This document shows positions 55,563-63,821 of a stretch of 64,000 bases of DNA, piece after piece; position 1 is the first letter of the stretch; the number at the start of each line of letters is the position of its first letter. The stretch is from an uncultured Chlamydiales bacterium. GTDB lineage: Bacteria > Chlamydiota > Chlamydiia > Chlamydiales > JAAKFR01. The notes beneath the pieces are model-generated. The model did no database searches. It worked only from the letters and a program-made list of their open reading frames with translations, and had not been told where the DNA came from. The DNA lies in the NCBI GenBank assembly GCA_963699155.1, contig OY969414.1, forward strand, positions 1,093,327 to 1,157,326, given 5' to 3'. Both the position numbers and the translations under genes were made by a program.

Positions 55563-56321
55563 ATGAAAAAACTATTTGCAGTTCTTTTCTTAGTCGGCAG
55601 CATGGCTACACTCCGCGCTGATTACTACGGTGGCTGCTCGAGCGGCGAGTATGGCCAGATGCCTTATGGCGCTCAGCCATCACAAGGATTTAACCAATAT
55701 GGTTACCAAGAATCACCATATGGATATAACCAAGGTTATCAGCCACAACAACAAAACCAGCCATCTCAAGGGACGCTCTATTCGAGCAACCAACCAGGAC
55801 GTCCTGGCCCTGTGACTAACCAACCATCTAATCGATTTGGCTTCTCGAATAACCAACCTGGGCAGCCTAGCCAAGGGGCAGCTTTTAGCCAGCCTTACAG
55901 CCAATCACAAAATCAACCGTATGCTCAACCTAATGCACGCTCTAATCTGAGCAATCAGCCAACTAGCCAGTCAAACCAAGCGAACCCATTCAGCAATCAG
56001 GCTTATGGGGACGAACCAGCAGGGTCGGCTTCTTACGGCTATGGTGCTTCAGCTCAACAAGGCGCGCAGTCGGGTCAGTCGATCCAGCAGCAGCTGACTT
56101 CAAGAATCCAAGACGCTGTGCGTAACTTGTCTGACAAATACAACAACGTTAACGTTTCTCTTAACAACGGAACTGTCACACTCCGCGGAACAGTCGCTTC
56201 GCAAGAAGACAAATCTAATCTGGAAAGATTAGTTCGTGGTCTTGAAGGTGTCCTCAATGTTGATAACCAAGTTACAGTTCAATCTCAACCAGCTAACAGC
56301 AACCCAAGCAGCGGAAGCTAG
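55563..56321 (+). CDS. secreted Q/N/P/S-rich low-complexity protein with C-terminal BON domain
   Basis: I chose the start MKKLFAVLFLVGSMATLRA (RBS aaggagaag upstream). About 150 aa are built from NQP/SQ-rich repeats. The C-terminus has the BON block VTLRGTVASQEDKSNLERLVRGLEGVLNVDNQVTV. Confidence 0.75.
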   Translation: MKKLFAVLFLVGSMATLRADYYGGCSSGEYGQMPYGAQPSQGFNQYGYQESPYGYNQGYQPQQQNQPSQGTLYSSNQPGRPGPVTNQPSNRFGFSNNQPGQPSQGAAFSQPYSQSQNQPYAQPNARSNLSNQPTSQSNQANPFSNQAYGDEPAGSASYGYGASAQQGAQSGQSIQQQLTSRIQDAVRNLSDKYNNVNVSLNNGTVTLRGTVASQEDKSNLERLVRGLEGVLNVDNQVTVQSQPANSNPSSGS

Positions 56322-56351
56322 TACTAAGATAACGCTTTAATGAGCTACTCG

Positions 56352-56385
56352 AAGAGGTCCCTCTAACCGGGGACCTCTTTTTTTT
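56352..56385 (+). terminator. rho-independent terminator, copy 1
   Basis: 10-bp stem aagaggtccc / gggacctctt (56352-56361 / 56370-56379) followed by a T-run ending at 56385. Confidence 0.8.
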
Positions 56386-56415
56386 ATATAAGATAACGCT
56401 TTGATGCGCTACTCG

Positions 56416-56448
56416 AAGAGGTCCCTCTAACCGGGGACCTCTTTTTTT
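56416..56448 (+). terminator. rho-independent terminator, copy 2 (tandem duplicate)
   Basis: Same stem at 56416-56425 / 56434-56443 plus a T-run. Part of a duplicated module of about 64 bp (56326-56389 and 56390-56453). Confidence 0.8.
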
Positions 56449-56455
56449 ATATATG

Positions 56456-58489
56456 TTATTCTTTCATCGCTTTTAACCAGATGCGCAACAGCTCAGCAAC
56501 ACTCCAGCCTTGAGCCATGCAGCCTTGAGGGATGTAGGGAGGGGTGGCATTGAAGATCTCGCTGATCGTACCGATTCCAGCCTCGCTGAGGTGCTTTGAG
56601 AGGGGTTCCAAGAAGTGGCGCGCTTCCCTTCTCTTTTCCGGATAGACCTTCATCCAGCCATCGCAAAAAGGTCCTATCAACCAAGGCCAAACGGTTCCTT
56701 GGTGGTAGGCTGCATCCCTAGCTCTTAAATCCCCCTCATAGATAGGTTTAAAATCGGGGTGGGCAATTTCCAGTGTGCGCAAACCATAGGGTGTCAACAA
56801 TTTCTCTTGGACGAGGTCGATGACCGATTTCCAATGGGAGGGCTCTAATACCGGATATTTTAAAGAGATGGCAAAAAGTTGATTGGGACGGAAAGAGTGG
56901 TCATCCCCATTTTCGCCATCGACAACATCGTAGAGATAGCCTTTATCGGCAATCCAAAATCGTTGATTAAAAGAGAGGTAGATCTCGTCAGCGATTCCTG
57001 CATAAAATTTTTTCTTCGAGTGATCTACCCATGTTTCCATCAATCTGAGAGCATTGTACCAAAGGGCATTGATCTCTACTGCCTTTCCTCTTCTGGGGGT
57101 CACAACCCAGTCTCCCACTTTCGCATCCATCCATGTGAGCTGGTATTTGTCTGCCCCCTGCTTCATGAGTTTGTCTTGAGGATCCATTCCGATCCCAAAG
57201 AGGGTTCCTTTGATGTGGTGGCGGATAATCTCTTCTAAGATAGGTAAGAGCTCTTCTAGAATGAGAGGGTCTTGGGTAATGGTATAGTAGCGATCGATCG
57301 CGTGAAAGAACCAGAGCGTCGCATCTGCAGTGTGATAGAGACCCTGATTTTGCCCTTCAGGGAACATGTTAGGGATTAATCCCTCGTTGACATAGTGGGC
57401 AAAGGTTTTCAAAATCCAGCGCGCTTCTTGATAGCGGCGAGTAGAGAGTGTTAATCCTTCCAGACAGATCATCGTATCTCTACCCCAATCGGTAAACCAG
57501 TGGTAACCGGCGATGACGGTGCGAATCTCCTCACCAAAGGTATGGGCTCTCACCGTATCCTCGATGCGGTGTTCGGGAACGATGATAAATTGGTCGGCTG
57601 CCAGAACAAGCTCTTCGAGCGTCTCCTCATGGAGATCAGCAAGTTGCAGAAGCATCCTTCGCCTCAAATTTTCCGATTTCTTCGCAAAAAAGAGGGGAAG
57701 TGCATTGATACTTTTCCACCGCTCTGTGGAGGCGACTAGCCCCACCACAGCGTTCTTCTTCAATTCAAAATGAAAATAACCTGGATTCCAGAGATCTCCC
57801 AAAAACTCATACCCTCGCCGCTGTTCAGTGCGGAATAGGATATTATGCAAGAATTTCCCTTGGATAGTGAACCCGCCATTTTCATCTCCTGCAATGAACA
57901 TCCGGACAGGTGTGAAATCCTTTTTACTGACCTCATAGCGGTTTCCAATGACGGAGATCATGTAATTTTCCTGAAGCGGCACATTGACTGGGGCTTCATG
58001 ATGGCGGAAGTTAAATGCAGGAGAGAGCTTCATGTGCACAAGATCAGCCCCTTCCAGCAGCTGATAGGTGATCATCACTGTATTTTGCCGATGGGGCATC
58101 AAAATGCGTTTTTCCACCAAGATCTCCCCGATCTGGTAACGCCACACAGGAAGCCCATCTTCTAAATAAAACTCTTTCAGATAATCGAGCGCTTCGATGC
58201 AGAGATTGCCATCGGGCATTTCCTCACAGTTAAGGAAGATACTTCCCGACTCTAAAATGATTTCTTCCGACAGTTGGCTCAGCATGATATAACGGCCATG
58301 CGGAGGAGGCAACGCAGCGATGAGAAGCCCATGATATTTCCGTGTCATCGCTCCCATGATGGTACTCGAAGAATAGCCACCAAGCCCATTGGTGACCAAC
58401 CACTCATTGCGGACATATTTTTCTAAATCATGTGGAACATTGACGATCACATTTTCTTTGGTAAAGGGACGGATGATTTTTTTATTCAT
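56456..58489 (-). CDS. glycogen debranching enzyme (amylo-alpha-1,6-glucosidase family, GDE_N + GDE_C)
   Basis: 677 aa with WLVTNGLGGYSS (N-terminal domain) and a six-hairpin glycosidase C-terminal half (HWFTDWGRDTMI, QGWS). Confidence 0.8.
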   Translation of the reverse strand: MNKKIIRPFTKENVIVNVPHDLEKYVRNEWLVTNGLGGYSSSTIMGAMTRKYHGLLIAALPPPHGRYIMLSQLSEEIILESGSIFLNCEEMPDGNLCIEALDYLKEFYLEDGLPVWRYQIGEILVEKRILMPHRQNTVMITYQLLEGADLVHMKLSPAFNFRHHEAPVNVPLQENYMISVIGNRYEVSKKDFTPVRMFIAGDENGGFTIQGKFLHNILFRTEQRRGYEFLGDLWNPGYFHFELKKNAVVGLVASTERWKSINALPLFFAKKSENLRRRMLLQLADLHEETLEELVLAADQFIIVPEHRIEDTVRAHTFGEEIRTVIAGYHWFTDWGRDTMICLEGLTLSTRRYQEARWILKTFAHYVNEGLIPNMFPEGQNQGLYHTADATLWFFHAIDRYYTITQDPLILEELLPILEEIIRHHIKGTLFGIGMDPQDKLMKQGADKYQLTWMDAKVGDWVVTPRRGKAVEINALWYNALRLMETWVDHSKKKFYAGIADEIYLSFNQRFWIADKGYLYDVVDGENGDDHSFRPNQLFAISLKYPVLEPSHWKSVIDLVQEKLLTPYGLRTLEIAHPDFKPIYEGDLRARDAAYHQGTVWPWLIGPFCDGWMKVYPEKRREARHFLEPLSKHLSEAGIGTISEIFNATPPYIPQGCMAQGWSVAELLRIWLKAMKE

Positions 58490-60342
58490 GACTCCTCGGG
58501 GTAGAGTATCGAGGCAGAATGGCCTGTAATTTTCCAGTTATGATGGGGCTTTGTTTTGAGGTAACCAAATCCTCCATATCGGGGCATCTCACTTGACCAC
58601 ATCTTATTCCAAATATGGCCTCGAGGTGGTGCTAAAAGTGGTTCTGAAGCAGGATAGAGGTGATAATCAATCCCCAAATTAATCAGAAGTAGACGGTCCC
58701 CATAAGAGGAGAAATAACGAATCAGGAAAAAGTCTTCATCGATCAAGGCGCCATCGACTGTGACCTCTGAGAAATGGCTAAAGACGGGATCCTTTTTGCG
58801 CATTTCGATCAAGTCACGGTGGAGCTGGTAGTGGGGTTGGTGTCTCTCTTTATCCTTCCAGTTGATTTTCGATTGTTGAAAGGTCTTTGGATCATGCGGA
58901 AAGGGGATTTTCTCTTGCACATCGGGATCGTCGATACTTTTGAACTGGGACATAAATTCTAACCTTCCAGAGAAAACCTTTTTCGCCAGCTCAGTAGGAA
59001 GTTCAGAAAAGTAGTGAAAGGGGGAGGAGGAGCCAAATTCTTGTCCTTGGAAAAAGAGTGGAATCTGCGGTGAAAGTAGCCAGAGTGTGGTCATAGTACG
59101 TACAAGGGCACGGTGGGCGAGTGTAAAGAGATGGAGGGCGCTGCCTGTGTTGGCCACCTGATCATGGTTTTCAAGGAAGTTGATGAAAAGGTGGGGAGGA
59201 AAATCGATGGCAACCGTTCCTCGTTCATTGTTCTGCCACTGATACCATTGACCTTGCGAAAGAAAGTTGTATTTGAGAGAAGAGATGAATTCTTGGCACT
59301 TTCCCTTATACTCACTGAAATAGGCCTCATTGTGCCCTATTAAGCGGACGAAAGCAGCATGATGGAAATCCTCATTCCATATGGCATCCATGGTAAAGCC
59401 CCCTTGATCGGCAGATTGGATCAGTTGGACCGACTGCTTTTCATTCTCAGCAGTCACGTAAGTGGCTTTTTTGCCCCCTTTCTCCCTTACCTTCTGGGTG
59501 ATTTCTAATAAAATGTGCCTTCTGCTCTCATCTTGAATGGCATGGCAAGCATCGAACCTCAAACCATCGAAATGAAACTCTTCGATCCAGTAACCCCCAT
59601 TTTCGATAAAAAATTGGCGCACAGGGCCGCTGTTTTCTTGATCAAAATTGATGGCGTCTCCCCATTCCGTTTTCTCTTTTTTAAAATAGTCATCAGAAAA
59701 CTGCCCCAAAAAGTTACCATCAGGGCCAAAGTGGTTGTAAACAACGTCTAGGATAACTCCTAAGCCCATTTTGTGAGCTTCATTGATAAACTTGCGCAAG
59801 TCGTCAGGTCTCCCATAATTGTGACTTGGCGCAAAGAAATTGACTCCATCATACCCCCAATTGAAACGACCAGGAAATTCACAGATGGGCATCATCTCGA
59901 TGACCGTGATGCCCAGCTCCAGGAGATGGGGCAATTTTTCTATAGCGGCGAGCCAACTTCCCTCTTGAGTAAAGGTTCCCACATGAAGTTCATAGAGGAT
60001 CACCTTCTCCTTTTCGACAATCCCCCTCCACTCTTCATCACTCCATTTAAAGGAATTTGGATCAATGACTTGTGACGGGCCATGGGGACCTTCCGGTTGA
60101 AAGCGTGATGCAGGATCGGGAAAAGAATCCTCTTCATCGAGAAGATAGCGATAAAGAATCTCTCCCTCTTTCTTTTTAATGCTACCTGAGAAATAGCCAC
60201 CTGACTCAGCACTTAAGGCAAACTTTTTGCCTGACTGAAGCAGTACCTCAACCCTTTTTCTTTTAGGAGCCCAGACCCGAAAATGGAGCTCATCGTCGAT
60301 CATCTCTGCGCCAATAGAGAGCCTTCGTTTCCCATTCTTCAT
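58486..60342 (-). CDS. treZ: malto-oligosyltrehalose trehalohydrolase-like GH13 enzyme
   Basis: FRVWAP (E-set domain), GVILDVVYNHFGPDGN, WGDAINFD, DGLRFDACHAI and AENE. I chose the start MKNGKRR (ATG 60342-60340). Confidence 0.75.
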   Translation of the reverse strand: MKNGKRRLSIGAEMIDDELHFRVWAPKRKRVEVLLQSGKKFALSAESGGYFSGSIKKKEGEILYRYLLDEEDSFPDPASRFQPEGPHGPSQVIDPNSFKWSDEEWRGIVEKEKVILYELHVGTFTQEGSWLAAIEKLPHLLELGITVIEMMPICEFPGRFNWGYDGVNFFAPSHNYGRPDDLRKFINEAHKMGLGVILDVVYNHFGPDGNFLGQFSDDYFKKEKTEWGDAINFDQENSGPVRQFFIENGGYWIEEFHFDGLRFDACHAIQDESRRHILLEITQKVREKGGKKATYVTAENEKQSVQLIQSADQGGFTMDAIWNEDFHHAAFVRLIGHNEAYFSEYKGKCQEFISSLKYNFLSQGQWYQWQNNERGTVAIDFPPHLFINFLENHDQVANTGSALHLFTLAHRALVRTMTTLWLLSPQIPLFFQGQEFGSSSPFHYFSELPTELAKKVFSGRLEFMSQFKSIDDPDVQEKIPFPHDPKTFQQSKINWKDKERHQPHYQLHRDLIEMRKKDPVFSHFSEVTVDGALIDEDFFLIRYFSSYGDRLLLINLGIDYHLYPASEPLLAPPRGHIWNKMWSSEMPRYGGFGYLKTKPHHNWKITGHSASILYPEES

Positions 60343-60385
60343 AAACTTTATTTTACTGTAATAATAGGAGAGATTCAATAGAGGT

Positions 60386-61096
60386 CTAATAATCTGATTC
60401 GATTTCTCGAATCTCAAAACCCTCTTTCCTGCGTGCAGCCAGTGTGGCTGGTGGTAAAAAACTGAGATCGCGTGAGTTAAACTTCCACTGGATCAATTTT
60501 TTAACCATTTCCACTTTGAGATGGCTTTCTTTGGGTAGAAGGGGATGGGTCGACTCGTAAATCTGAATGGCAAAGAGCTTTTGACCCTTCTGGTGAAGGG
60601 CGGCGCCTAAGTCAACTAGCAGAGGTGCTTGATTTTCAGATGTATAAGTTAAGATCCGACTATAGATAATTTGCCAGTCCAAGCGGCTCTCGCTCTTTCC
60701 TGCCATTTGAATCAAATGTTTCAGTAAACTTGTCAGGATCTCCTCATCTCCTTTGGAGTCTTCTAATGCCTTCAAAAGAGTAAGAAGAGCTTCGTCGGAA
60801 TCGCTAGGATGCTCTTGAGTCGCGGGGCGATTGCGCCTAAAAAATGCCTCAGCCTTATTTTGCAGCACCCTTGCGCTGATGCTTGCCGCTTCCGAAGCAG
60901 TAGCCAGCAAATCCTCATTCTGCCATTCTGTTCTGGAAACAGTCGGAAATAGTTCTGTAGAAAGAGAAGCTTCTCTCGGTGGTGATGACATCCATTCCTT
61001 ATACCACACTCGCAAATCTTTATGGAGAAGAGAGTGCCGTTTTGGTAAGTAGTCAATAAGTGGAGGCAAGGATTGGCTAAAGACTGTGTGTGGCAC
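60386..61096 (-). CDS. hypothetical protein
   Basis: 236-aa clean ORF with no recognised motif. Confidence 0.45.
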   Translation of the reverse strand: MPHTVFSQSLPPLIDYLPKRHSLLHKDLRVWYKEWMSSPPREASLSTELFPTVSRTEWQNEDLLATASEAASISARVLQNKAEAFFRRNRPATQEHPSDSDEALLTLLKALEDSKGDEEILTSLLKHLIQMAGKSESRLDWQIIYSRILTYTSENQAPLLVDLGAALHQKGQKLFAIQIYESTHPLLPKESHLKVEMVKKLIQWKFNSRDLSFLPPATLAARRKEGFEIREIESDY

Positions 61097-61117
61097 AGTT
61101 GTGAGGTATCTTTAACG

Positions 61118-61360
61118 CAGAGGCGCAGAGACTCTGAGGTTCACAGAGAAAATCGCCTCTTTGAGCAAAGCTCAAAGCACCAGAAGAGAAAAGCCATTAA
61201 AGAAAAAGGGGTGATCAATGACAGTCGTATTGAAGGCCCCTTTTTCTTTAATGGCTTTTCTCTTCTGATGTTTTTGGTGCATGCACCAAAAAAAGGCGAT
61301 TTTTTTTCTTGCCTCGAGCGTTGGTCCCTCTCTGTGAACCTCAGAGTCTCTGCGCCTCTG
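61118..61360. repeat. 243-bp nested palindromic element (MITE/REP-like or structured RNA)
   Basis: Perfect 32-bp outer inverted repeat (61118-61149 cagaggcgcagagactctgaggttcacagaga and its reverse complement at 61329-61360). Perfect 31-bp inner inverted repeat (61181-61211 / 61237-61267). Confidence 0.85.
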
Positions 61361-61592
61361 TGTTGAAGATGCCCATAGAGAATACGTAACTCAACTTGTG
61401 AGCTAAACTGCCTACCTCCAGTTTTTGATCACTTACCCGTTTTGGATGAATTTTTTCCAGGAAAGGTGTTTATCAATTTCGGCTATCATCCCGGCCCCGC
61501 ACTTTCTGGTGCTGGTTAAACCCTGAGGCAGTGAAAGCATCTCAGGTTATATCTTGCGGTGGTAATGCCTCGCCACTCCTGCCTGCGAATGG

Positions 61593-61697
61593 CGCTCACC
61601 CCCCTCCCCAAACCCCTCTCCCGCCCAGGCCTCAAGCCTTTTTTTGGGCTAGCAATACCTATTTTCTCGGGGTATGTGAAATCTTTTCTCTTAGTCT
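61593..61697. repeat. 105-bp dispersed repeat, copy 1
   Basis: cgctcacccccctccccaaacccctctcccgcccaggcctcaagcc... matches 62081-62185 with about 6 substitutions and no indels. Confidence 0.85.
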
Positions 61698-61812
61698 AGG
61701 GGATGATGCCGATCAATCTTGGCAATGTTGACAATGTGGGCCTGTTCAGGAGGAGCTTCTCAATGCTTTTTGTGAAGCGGGAATGGAATGTTTCACTCTG
61801 AAAAAAGAGCCT

Positions 61813-61912
61813 TTAGAAGCCGAAGTAGAGGCCAGGGGTGATTCCTTGCATCCAGAAGTTGGTCTCTTTTGCATGGAAAGGAGGGGCAGGATCGATATTG
61901 AGATCGACTTGG
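61813..61912 (-). pseudogene. remnant of the 3' end of a BBP7-like porin gene
   Basis: About 100 bp, roughly 90 percent identical to 62392-62492. Would encode ...DLNIDPAPPFHAKETNFWMQGITPGLYFGF-stop. No upstream ORF continuation. Confidence 0.75.
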
Positions 61913-62080
61913 ACAAACAGCTTGAAATATGGGCGGGAGAGGGGTTTGTGTCAGCGATGTCCTGCATCAAGTGTCAGCGATGTCCCGCGCCTATACAGGG
62001 GGGCGAGCGCAGCGAGGGGCCCTCCACATTCTATCCTTTAGCTCTCTCTCGTTTCTTTACTTGGGGAGGGCCCTTCGCTT

Positions 62081-62185
62081 CGCTCACCCCCCTCCCCAAA
62101 CCCCTCCCCCGCCCGGGCCTCAAGCCATTTTTTGGGCTAGCAATACCTTTTTTCTGGGGGTATGTGAAATCTTTTCTCTTGGTCT
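62081..62185. repeat. 105-bp dispersed repeat, copy 2
   Basis: See 61593-61697. Same orientation and same position relative to the porin 3' end. Confidence 0.85.
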
Positions 62186-62391
62186 ATGGTGCCTATATAT
62201 ATCGGTCCGTAATAAACTTCGATTATCCTTACTTCTTTTAAGGCGACTGGCTCACAGAACCATAGGAAAAGCTGTTTTCTCCTTCTTTGATCAATGGCTT
62301 GCTCAACAAAAGACCCGAGACTGGGGATGCTTATGGGCCGAGGGCTGGCGTAAGGGCTGCCTCGAATATTATCTGGTCAGCTAAAGAGCCT

Positions 62392-63489
62392 TTAGAAGCC
62401 GAAGTAGAGGCCGGCGGTGACTCCTTGCATCCAGAAGTTGGTCTCTTTTGCATGGAAAGGAGGGGCAGGATCGATATTGAGATTGACTTGGTTCCCTGAT
62501 AAAGCGACCTTAGGCCAGTAGATCCAGGTATAGCCGACGCTTCCCCAGATACAGCCTCGGAGGCGCACGCGGAGGAGAGCATCCACTTGGGGAACCGCTT
62601 CAAACAGCCTTTTGCCGTGACTACCGATATTGGTAGGCTGCGTCAGAAGGCCATTATTAATAAAGGTAACGGCCTGATTAGTCAGATTGACGGTTACAGT
62701 AGAGCCCGAGAGATTGATTGTCTCCCGCATCTTTCCTAAACCCACTTTGCCCGCCACTGAGAAGATCAACCTTCTTCTCCTATATTCCACCAACAAACCT
62801 AATAATCCTGAGTAGAAATCATTTCGGCAATTGAAGCGATCGGTCAGGGTTTTATCAACTGAAGTAGCTCTCAAAAGGGTACGTGTGGAACTTTCGATTT
62901 TTAGATTATCTTGAACGCGGGTGAAGAGAAAACCGGCTAGAAAATCTGAAGAAAAGCCTTTTCGGCATAGCCAGCGGTAGCGGAAGTAACCATCAGCGCC
63001 CCAAACATAGTTGGTGGTATCGATAGCGATGCGACCATCGACTGCTTGGTTGGGAATGGAGATAAAAAAAGCACTATTCGCTTGGCTTGATACATCGAAA
63101 AAAGGGAGCCCTAAGGTGGGTGTTCCGGCATTTGACCCTTCGATTTCAAACTTCACCTTCTCCTGAGGCACTCCGAAGAAGCTACCCCCGATCCCCCAGC
63201 AGCGGTTCATCCAGAAGCCAATATCACATCGACCCCCAGATTTTCCCTTTCCACCCACATTTTTATCGCCAAAGAGAATCTCTGTCGTGGGATTACTGAG
63301 ATCTGGGATGCCTGTGGAAGCCGTGGTCGCCAGGGGTGGGTAAAAGCGCTTTTTACGGTAGATCCACATGTAATCGAAGCTAGCCCACCACTTAGGCAGT
63401 TTATTGCCATAACAGCAGGGGTGATAGACATAATAGGAAAAGGCGAGCTCAGGAATTAAGAGCAAAATCAGAAGAAATTTCAGCTTCAT
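62392..63489 (-). CDS. outer-membrane beta-barrel protein, BBP7-like porin
   Basis: 365 aa with a signal peptide, WASFDYMWIYRKKRFYPPLATT (compare the BBP7 EYL.WW...PPLVTT block as I recall it), alternating beta-strand pattern and a C-terminal YFGF. Confidence 0.7.
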   Translation of the reverse strand: MKLKFLLILLLIPELAFSYYVYHPCCYGNKLPKWWASFDYMWIYRKKRFYPPLATTASTGIPDLSNPTTEILFGDKNVGGKGKSGGRCDIGFWMNRCWGIGGSFFGVPQEKVKFEIEGSNAGTPTLGLPFFDVSSQANSAFFISIPNQAVDGRIAIDTTNYVWGADGYFRYRWLCRKGFSSDFLAGFLFTRVQDNLKIESSTRTLLRATSVDKTLTDRFNCRNDFYSGLLGLLVEYRRRRLIFSVAGKVGLGKMRETINLSGSTVTVNLTNQAVTFINNGLLTQPTNIGSHGKRLFEAVPQVDALLRVRLRGCIWGSVGYTWIYWPKVALSGNQVNLNIDPAPPFHAKETNFWMQGVTAGLYFGF

Positions 63490-63557
63490 GTTCCCCCCAG
63501 AAGACTACTCTTTCCATTAACACATTCTGAAAAGGAAATGCAATGGCATTTTCTCCT

Positions 63558-63732
63558 GGCTGTGTTGAAAAACCCCGAAGACGAAGCTTTTTGCGAGCCA
63601 TTGGGAATGCTTGAGAAACGCCATCCACCCCTCTCTGTGTTCTCTGTGTGCTCTGTGGTGGTAAAAAAAAAGAAATACCACCACAGAGATCACAGAGCAC
63701 ACAGAGAGATTTAGTAGTTTTTCAACACAGCC
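63558..63732. repeat. 175-bp nested palindromic element built on CTCTGTG/CACAGAG heptamers
   Basis: Outer 16-bp inverted repeat ggctgtgttgaaaaac (63558-63573) and its reverse complement at 63717-63732. Inner imperfect hairpin at 63631-63707. Confidence 0.8.
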
Positions 63733-63821
63733 TTTTCCCCTTAATAATATATTTATATTGAAATTATATTTATTATTTAATATAAGTTTTGTAACTAATT
63801 TTAATTAAATGTAATAAAGAT

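Noticed and set aside
55630..56257. Short ORFs on both strands inside the BON-protein gene.
   Set aside because: They are by-products of the Q/N/P-rich low-complexity coding sequence.
61073..61366. A 97-aa ORF in the track.
   Set aside because: It lies entirely within the 243-bp nested palindrome, so its two ends are reverse complements of each other. It has no RBS and no protein-like composition.
61531..62384. Several overlapping track ORFs (66-152 aa) with proline-rich translations that are partly conserved between two copies (HPPPQTP.PP.PQA.FWASNT.FLGVCEIFSL).
   Set aside because: The conserved part coincides exactly with the 105-bp DNA repeat. The ORFs overlap one another in several frames, and they lack convincing starts and RBSs. 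The sequence is low-complexity C-rich DNA. I treat it as repeat DNA, although a short conserved peptide cannot be fully excluded.
63449..63702. Track ORFs of 83 and 61 aa with HREHRE/TQRTQR-type periodic translation.
   Set aside because: The periodicity comes from the CTCTGTG/CACAGAG heptamer palindrome, so these are not genes.
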